A DNA stretch of 64,000 nt from Haliotis rubra. Taxonomy: Eukaryota. The notes beneath the pieces are model-generated. The model was not told the origin of the DNA. It searched no databases and saw nothing but the letters and a program-made list of their open reading frames with translations. This document shows, one piece after another, positions 40,983 to 64,000 of the stretch; the first letter of the stretch is position 1, and each line of letters starts with the position of its first letter. Location: the NCBI RefSeq assembly GCF_003918875.1, contig NW_025767390.1, positions 682,001-746,000 on the forward strand, in the 5' to 3' direction. The translations under genes were made by a program, and so were the position numbers.

Positions 40983-41368
40983 GTGAGTGAGTGAGTGAGT
41001 GAGCATTACTTAACGCCGCATTTATAAGTTTTGCAGCTATTCGTGAGTGAGTGAGTGAAAGAGTATTTCTTAACGTTTTGCAGCTATTCGTGAGTGAGTG
41101 AGTGAAAGAGTATTACTTAACGTTTTGCAGCTATTCGTGAGTGAGTGAGTGAAAGTGAACGTTTTGCAGCTATTCGTGAGTGAGTGAGTGAAAGAGTATT
41201 TCTTAACGTTTTGCAGCTATTCGTGAGTGAGTGAGTGAAAGAGTATTACTTAACGTTTTGCAGCTATTCGTGAGTGAGTGAGTGAAAGAGTATTACTTAA
41301 CGTTTTGCAGCTACTCGCGAGTGAGTGAGTGAAAGTGTATTACTTAACGTTTTGCAGCTATTCGCGAG
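40983..41368. repeat. ~47-bp minisatellite, ~8 units
   Basis: GTGAGTGAGTGAGTGAAAGAGTATTACTTAACGTTTTGCAGCTATTC. Confidence 0.93.
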
Positions 41369-42179
41369 CAGTCCCAATGTGGTACTGGCACGCAGGAAAA
41401 CCCGACCCTGAATGAAACAATAACTAATAACTTAGTCAATAATAAGACACATATATCGTGACATTCCCAGCATATAATTCAATTACATATGCCCGGTCGT
41501 GACACTCATGCAGCATGCCTTTTCAATAATTAGTAGCTTAATTATTATGCTTATACTTGTAATACTTTCAGTTCATTGACCACAAGCTGGGTGTTTCGTT
41601 CGTGGAATACTGATAACTGAATTGTTGAATCACTTACATTTGTTTATGTCTAATCCAGTGTAATGATAACATAATTTATGACAATACATGTATATTACAA
41701 CATATATATTCGCACGAGCATTTTATATTTTATTGTATTAATATTCTGAAAATATTAATTGACATGAGTGGTACTTTTCACTGCAATATTGTTGATTAAT
41801 ACCAGAAAGGATTATACGGTTAGAATAATATGTAAATATAATATCATCAACGAAAATAAACAGCCACTATAATACAAAGCCTGCTTATTACATGTTCACC
41901 AAGTCCACATGTGTAAAAGCATTAGAGATCACGTCACACGAAATCACTACCCAGTATGCTATTAAGTAAATATTGTCACTGATAGCTTATTTAGCCTTTA
42001 AGTAGCTTATGAGCTAAATAAACATCCCAACCTCCTATAATCCTGGCTACTTTTTGTTTTTGTATCTGTAACCTGTATTTTCTTTTCTGATGAAATCATA
42101 TAAGAGCTCAATGAAATTTCACTCATTATTGAAAATATTGTGAAACTTTAATATTATGTAGTGACTAGACCTTTAAAAA

Positions 42180-42352
42180 CCTCGAGCGGGGCGTCGTCTA
42201 CCTCCGGCGGAAGTCAAGGTGCGTGAATCAGAACGAGGCATTACGTCGTAGAGGGGTCTAGCTATTGATTGACATCGGTCCCCACCCTATGACGGCCATA
42301 TTGCGAACCGGTGCTTTACAAAACTAGGCTATTCAGCATTGACAGTTCCAGG
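42180..42352 (+). promoter_or_regulatory. Putative ERM promoter and non-coding first exon
   Basis: CpG-richer island with GC-box-like GGGGCG (~42188), ETS-like CGGAAGT (42208-42214), YY1-like GCCATATTG (42295-42303) and donor CAGG|GTGAGT at 42352/42353. Confidence 0.55.
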
Positions 42353-44086
42353 GTGAGTTGAAATCGGCCTCACAAGTTGCAGTACGGTGATTATCATCAC
42401 TCTTTCTTGCGATACAAGTGTGGAATATGCTCGAATATTGCTGACGATGTGCACAGCTTAGTTTTTTTCTGCTGGATACTTGGCAAGGCTGTCACTCGTT
42501 ATAACTTGTGATTTGAGGTGTGTTCGCGCACATGGATGTAACCAGAAAGTTTAAATTGTGCTGTGCGGTGTTTGACTGTTCGTTTTGGATTTATTTTACT
42601 TATTCGGATTACTCTTTTAGAGCGCTCGACCGTTGGAGCTAAGGCGGGGGTGTCGCTCACTCTCCCCCCACCAGACCGTGTCACACGATTGTGTGAGAGA
42701 TTTTCTAGGGAGGCGACACAGAATTTGAGCCGAGTGGCTTATGGCGCAAATAAGTTGTTAAAGCTGCCGATTTTTGTGTGTGTTTTTTTCTAGGCTGCTC
42801 CTAACCCGTTGAAATATTCGATACAATCCCTTCCTTGCGCAGTAGAGAGATATGGACCTTAATTTCTTCCGGAACACGCATCGTGGTTTGAGTGTTATTT
42901 TTAGAAATAATGAAAAGACATTTCTTTTAGGGGATAGTTCAATAAAACCAGGCCTATTTAAAGACTTTGCCCATCCTCCAGCGTCTCAGGATTTTTTACT
43001 TTCCACCAAGTTCATTAAGGAACATACCTGTAGAGATTTTTGTTAGGAAACGTAAGGTATGTAGATGAGGACTACCTTTGGAGAGGGTGGACACACCCCT
43101 ACTGGATCCTTTTTTGAATGACCTATTTTATGCTTGAATGATTTTTGCTAGCAAAGCCATTTCGCTGTCGTCTCAACGTTTGTTCCTTGTATGACTCTAA
43201 CACATTTGACAGCACAGCGTTCAACATTTTGAACATTGATTGTGATCTCTTCGGGGAACTAAATTTGTATTTAGGGATGAAATTACAAAGTGTTACTTAC
43301 CTATTGGTTACATGAATGTACGAAGTGTAAAAATCAAACTAAAGGAAATACATTTTTTCAATAAGCATAGTAGTGGTGTTATTTTCCTGGAGTACATATT
43401 CAAGATTCAAAGTTCGATAGATAGATGTTGCAGGACCAGTCATCTAAATTATAAAACATAGTTCATCAGCAGGAGTTTGAAAGTGTTTGACAGTGGTTTG
43501 AAAATATATTGCAAATTGCAACTTGAATGCAAAAGTGTCCATTCAGAGCTGATATCGTATGTTATGACCCTTTCATGGGGTTCGTATAATCTGTCTATTC
43601 TGAGCATACCGAAATGAATTCAATTCGTGTGTTAGTACAGAGTAACAAAACATAAAACCCATTCTACTAGCCTACAGAAACCTATTTCTCGGGAATCTAG
43701 CAATGACTGGTAACAGCTATCATATGCTTGATCCCACCCCCTTTTCACTGACAGATTTATCAAGATAACACCACCCATGAAACATTACCATTGTGAGTTG
43801 ATTAATGATGCAATTTGAGGTGGGTCTCGTGTGTGTTTTACGAACAGCAGTATATATATATAGCAGGGCCACACCCATGCTCATGTCTACATGGACACCA
43901 CAGGATGATGTCACTGTTGTAGTGTATCGAGGGGGAGGAATGAGCTGACACCCTTTGTATGTCTAGCTTGAAGTACCACTCCAACAGTTCACTCTTCTTT
44001 TGCAGGGATTTCAACACCAATCTGGTTTCTAGGGGGATCTCTAACACTCTTTGGTTTTAGACGGCGGCTGAGGGTATACAATCAAA

Positions 44087-61193
<17,107 letters not shown>

Positions 61194-62833
61194 ACAAGTA
61201 CTATCGTCACCTTGATCTTGGGAACCTCCTACCCTCTCCAAGAGGGCAATCCACTCTACCACTGTGAATTGGGTTCTCATACTGAATGTTTTATTATGGG
61301 AACTACCAAGAACTGATGTACCAGTTTATATAGCCACATTTCTATCTACTGTTCTATGGACCTACTATCTCTCACCATCACTCTAGACTGAGGTCTTTTC
61401 ACTCAGGATATATCGTAAGGAGGCTAATTCTGTGCGTTAATTGCCGAGAAGCAATTTTTGCCTCATGAATATGAATGGAGAACAATGTGACAGCATAGTC
61501 GTGCAGGGATCACTGACCCAGGCATGGTTGGAGGTTTACTCAATATTCCAGATGGATTTTATTAATCATTAATTCCATAAGGTCACCAAAGTGGCATTTT
61601 TAGTAGACTTAGGACTTTTCCAAGATAACATGTTTGAAGAACTATTTTTCAAATTGAAATCAAAATTACACAAGACAGCATGGTGCAAAGGTTATGTCTG
61701 GGTTGTCAAACTTGTCATTAAATATGTAAAATGATGACTTGTTTAGCTGACTAGGTATCCAATAATGCCTTTTTGTATCTGATTGATATTTTGTAACCAG
61801 ACTGTACAGATAAACAATTGCTTAATACCCCAAGTACATTGTTTGTGCTTTAGTTCTGGGTGCTAGCTGTGTGTAAGCATGGGACCGTCATGCAGTCAAC
61901 ACCAAACAAACATCTCATCAGGGTTGTCATTCAGGCCTCGCTCTTCAACTTGGTAATTGTTCAAACTAGGACAAATTCCAGTGGACTGGTTCTCTTCTAC
62001 AGTTTCCATTTTGTGAATTTCCTTGTAGTTCATGCACAGCTGATGGGAAACACATAATGGGATACTGTCTTTTCGGCAGCAGTTTCTCTCATGAATACTA
62101 AAGGCAAAACTATATATATATATATATATATATTGCCATCAAGGTTAGAAAAAGTGCCGATGTTAGCAGTTTGTCTTTTTGAAAACAGATATGCATGGAG
62201 TTCATTTTTTTACATGAATGTAGTATGTCTCCGTGCAGTTATTTCTGTGATATTCTTTGTTGAAAATTGAGCGACCAATATATCATGGCCAGTTATTTTA
62301 ATGATTTTGTCACAGTTTGGTTGTATGGACCATGGAATTCTTTCTTAGCAAGAACAGCCTTTTCAGCTGGTGAACAAAATTAATTCCTCTGCTATTCTTG
62401 GAGCACCGTTTATAAAGACTCACTTTTCTGATTTTGAATGCTTGTGACGCTTTATGAATGGGAACATAACAGAATCACTATTTTTGTAGCAAACGTTTAA
62501 ATATATTTTATCATTGATGGCTGTCCAGTTTGAATTTAAATGGAAATTGTATTGAGGATTGTGTTTCAAACCACATTTGTGTGATCTCATTGAAAGGAGT
62601 GCCATCTGGTGTTATAGTGTTGTGGCTATAATGAGAAGATACTGGACCATCAAAAGGAAATCATATTCAGCAAAAATCTATATACATGAAGTCTTTTGGA
62701 TTTTTTGTTTTCTCTGTAATGTAACATAGCACTTGTATACAGATTATACTATAGGCTTACTTTGCATTTTCTAACTTATTTTACTCTGATATTTCTGATA
62801 TGAGATTTTTAGAATAATTTTCAAATAGTGTTC

Positions 62834-62942
62834 AATAAAAATGGATGGAACTATTCTTGAAGAATGTATCAAAGAAAAAATTGATATTAAATTGAACAAT
62901 AATTCCAATTACTATTTATCTTCTGTTTTCTGTCTTTTGTGT
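62834..62942 (+). terminator. Likely ERM polyadenylation region
   Basis: AATAAA 62834-62839, ATTAAA 62886-62891, downstream T/GT-rich tract; ends a repeat-free ~1.7 kb stretch after the stop codon. Confidence 0.5.
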
Positions 62943-63452
62943 AAGCTTGTCCTCAGCATTATCTGTACAGAGACTTTAGAGGCTTCCAGAATGACTTCTG
63001 CGTAAGTGCAAGAAAAAACATAGTAACTTGATGACTAATTATGCCAAAATTGATAGCGGAAATTATTTTATTTATTTTTTTCATTGATATTTTTTTACTT
63101 CTGTTTGTCATTCTTTAGAAGCGCCACTTAATGCCCATGCTATACAGAATATGAGAATGGGTCAGACTGTACCTTGTCCACATGAAAGGTAATAGCTGGT
63201 ACTGGGTCAGTTTGACTAAGAACATTCTACATAACCATATAGTCATAAGATGTCTCATCGAGTATGCTATGTTATCACGATTGGCAATAAATATTTCAAA
63301 ACAGATAGCACATGTCTGTGGTCATTTTGACAGAAGAACATAACTGTAGAAACATCATCCGCCAAGGAATCTTTACATGAGCTAATAAAAACAGGAATGC
63401 AAGCTCCAGGTCCACCAGCTTCTGCACATTTGGGAGACCCTCTAATAGAACT

Positions 63453-63600
63453 GGGGAGGGTAGGGTAGCTTAGCTGTAAAGCGCGCTAGTCATGCTGAAG
63501 ACCCGGGCTCAATTCCCCACATGGGTACAGTGTGTGAAGCCCATTTCTGGCGTCCCTGCTCTAATATGACTGGAATATCGCTGTGTAAAACCATACTCTT
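63453..63600 (+). mobile_element. SINE family A, diverged
   Basis: Sequence match. Confidence 0.75.
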
Positions 63601-64000
63601 GCTGAGTAGAACTTTACTGAATGAGTGAATGAGTATTTGTTTAGCTTGCCCTATGCAGAATTGTATGTCTGTATTGTGGAGGACTATGCACGAGTTTGGG
63701 GCAGACAAAAAAGTGCTTGAAAGAATTTGCAAGGATCATCCAATGGAGCCATTCCAACAGTTGTCAAAGAGGAATCGGACGTTACACCAGACGATGCCGC
63801 GAAGTGTATATTTGGCAGGTATATTCCGAATGTGACCCACAAGTTGTTTTTAAGATGGCCTGTTGATAGGTATATTCAGGATTAGAATGAGGCCGCTTGA
63901 AGTGTAATTTAAGGATGAGAATCAAGATAGGAATGGGACCTCTTGAAGGGTATATTCAGAATTAGGATGGGACATCCTGAAGGGAATATTCAGGATTGGA

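Overview
AT-rich, repeat-dense eukaryotic (metazoan) genomic DNA. The SINE repertoire suggests a mollusc, possibly an abalone-like gastropod (inference). There are two assembly gaps (680-879, 12540-12730). The only well-supported protein gene is a + strand ERM (ezrin/radixin/moesin) gene. It has a putative non-coding first exon near 42.3 kb, 14 coding exons from the ATG at 44087 to the TGA at 61193 (about 601 aa after correction), and a ~1.7 kb 3' UTR. As assembled it carries two single-base indels (+1 near 55691, -1 near 57826). The rest is a dense, often nested set of mobile elements: three abundant SINE-like families, hAT-, piggyBac-, Mutator-, P-, Harbinger- and Academ-like non-autonomous DNA elements with readable TSDs, Tc1 and L2 remnants, probable LTRs, and several minisatellites. 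Most of the supplied ORFs are repeat artefacts. The most interesting unexplained signals are (i) a compact pseudoknot-plus-hairpin motif forming the precise 5' end of a tRNA-less retroelement family, (ii) all-sense orientation of retroelements inside the ERM introns, where antisense tails would spell 5' splice sites, (iii) the ERM frameshifts, and (iv) a degenerate Penelope-type minimal hammerhead.
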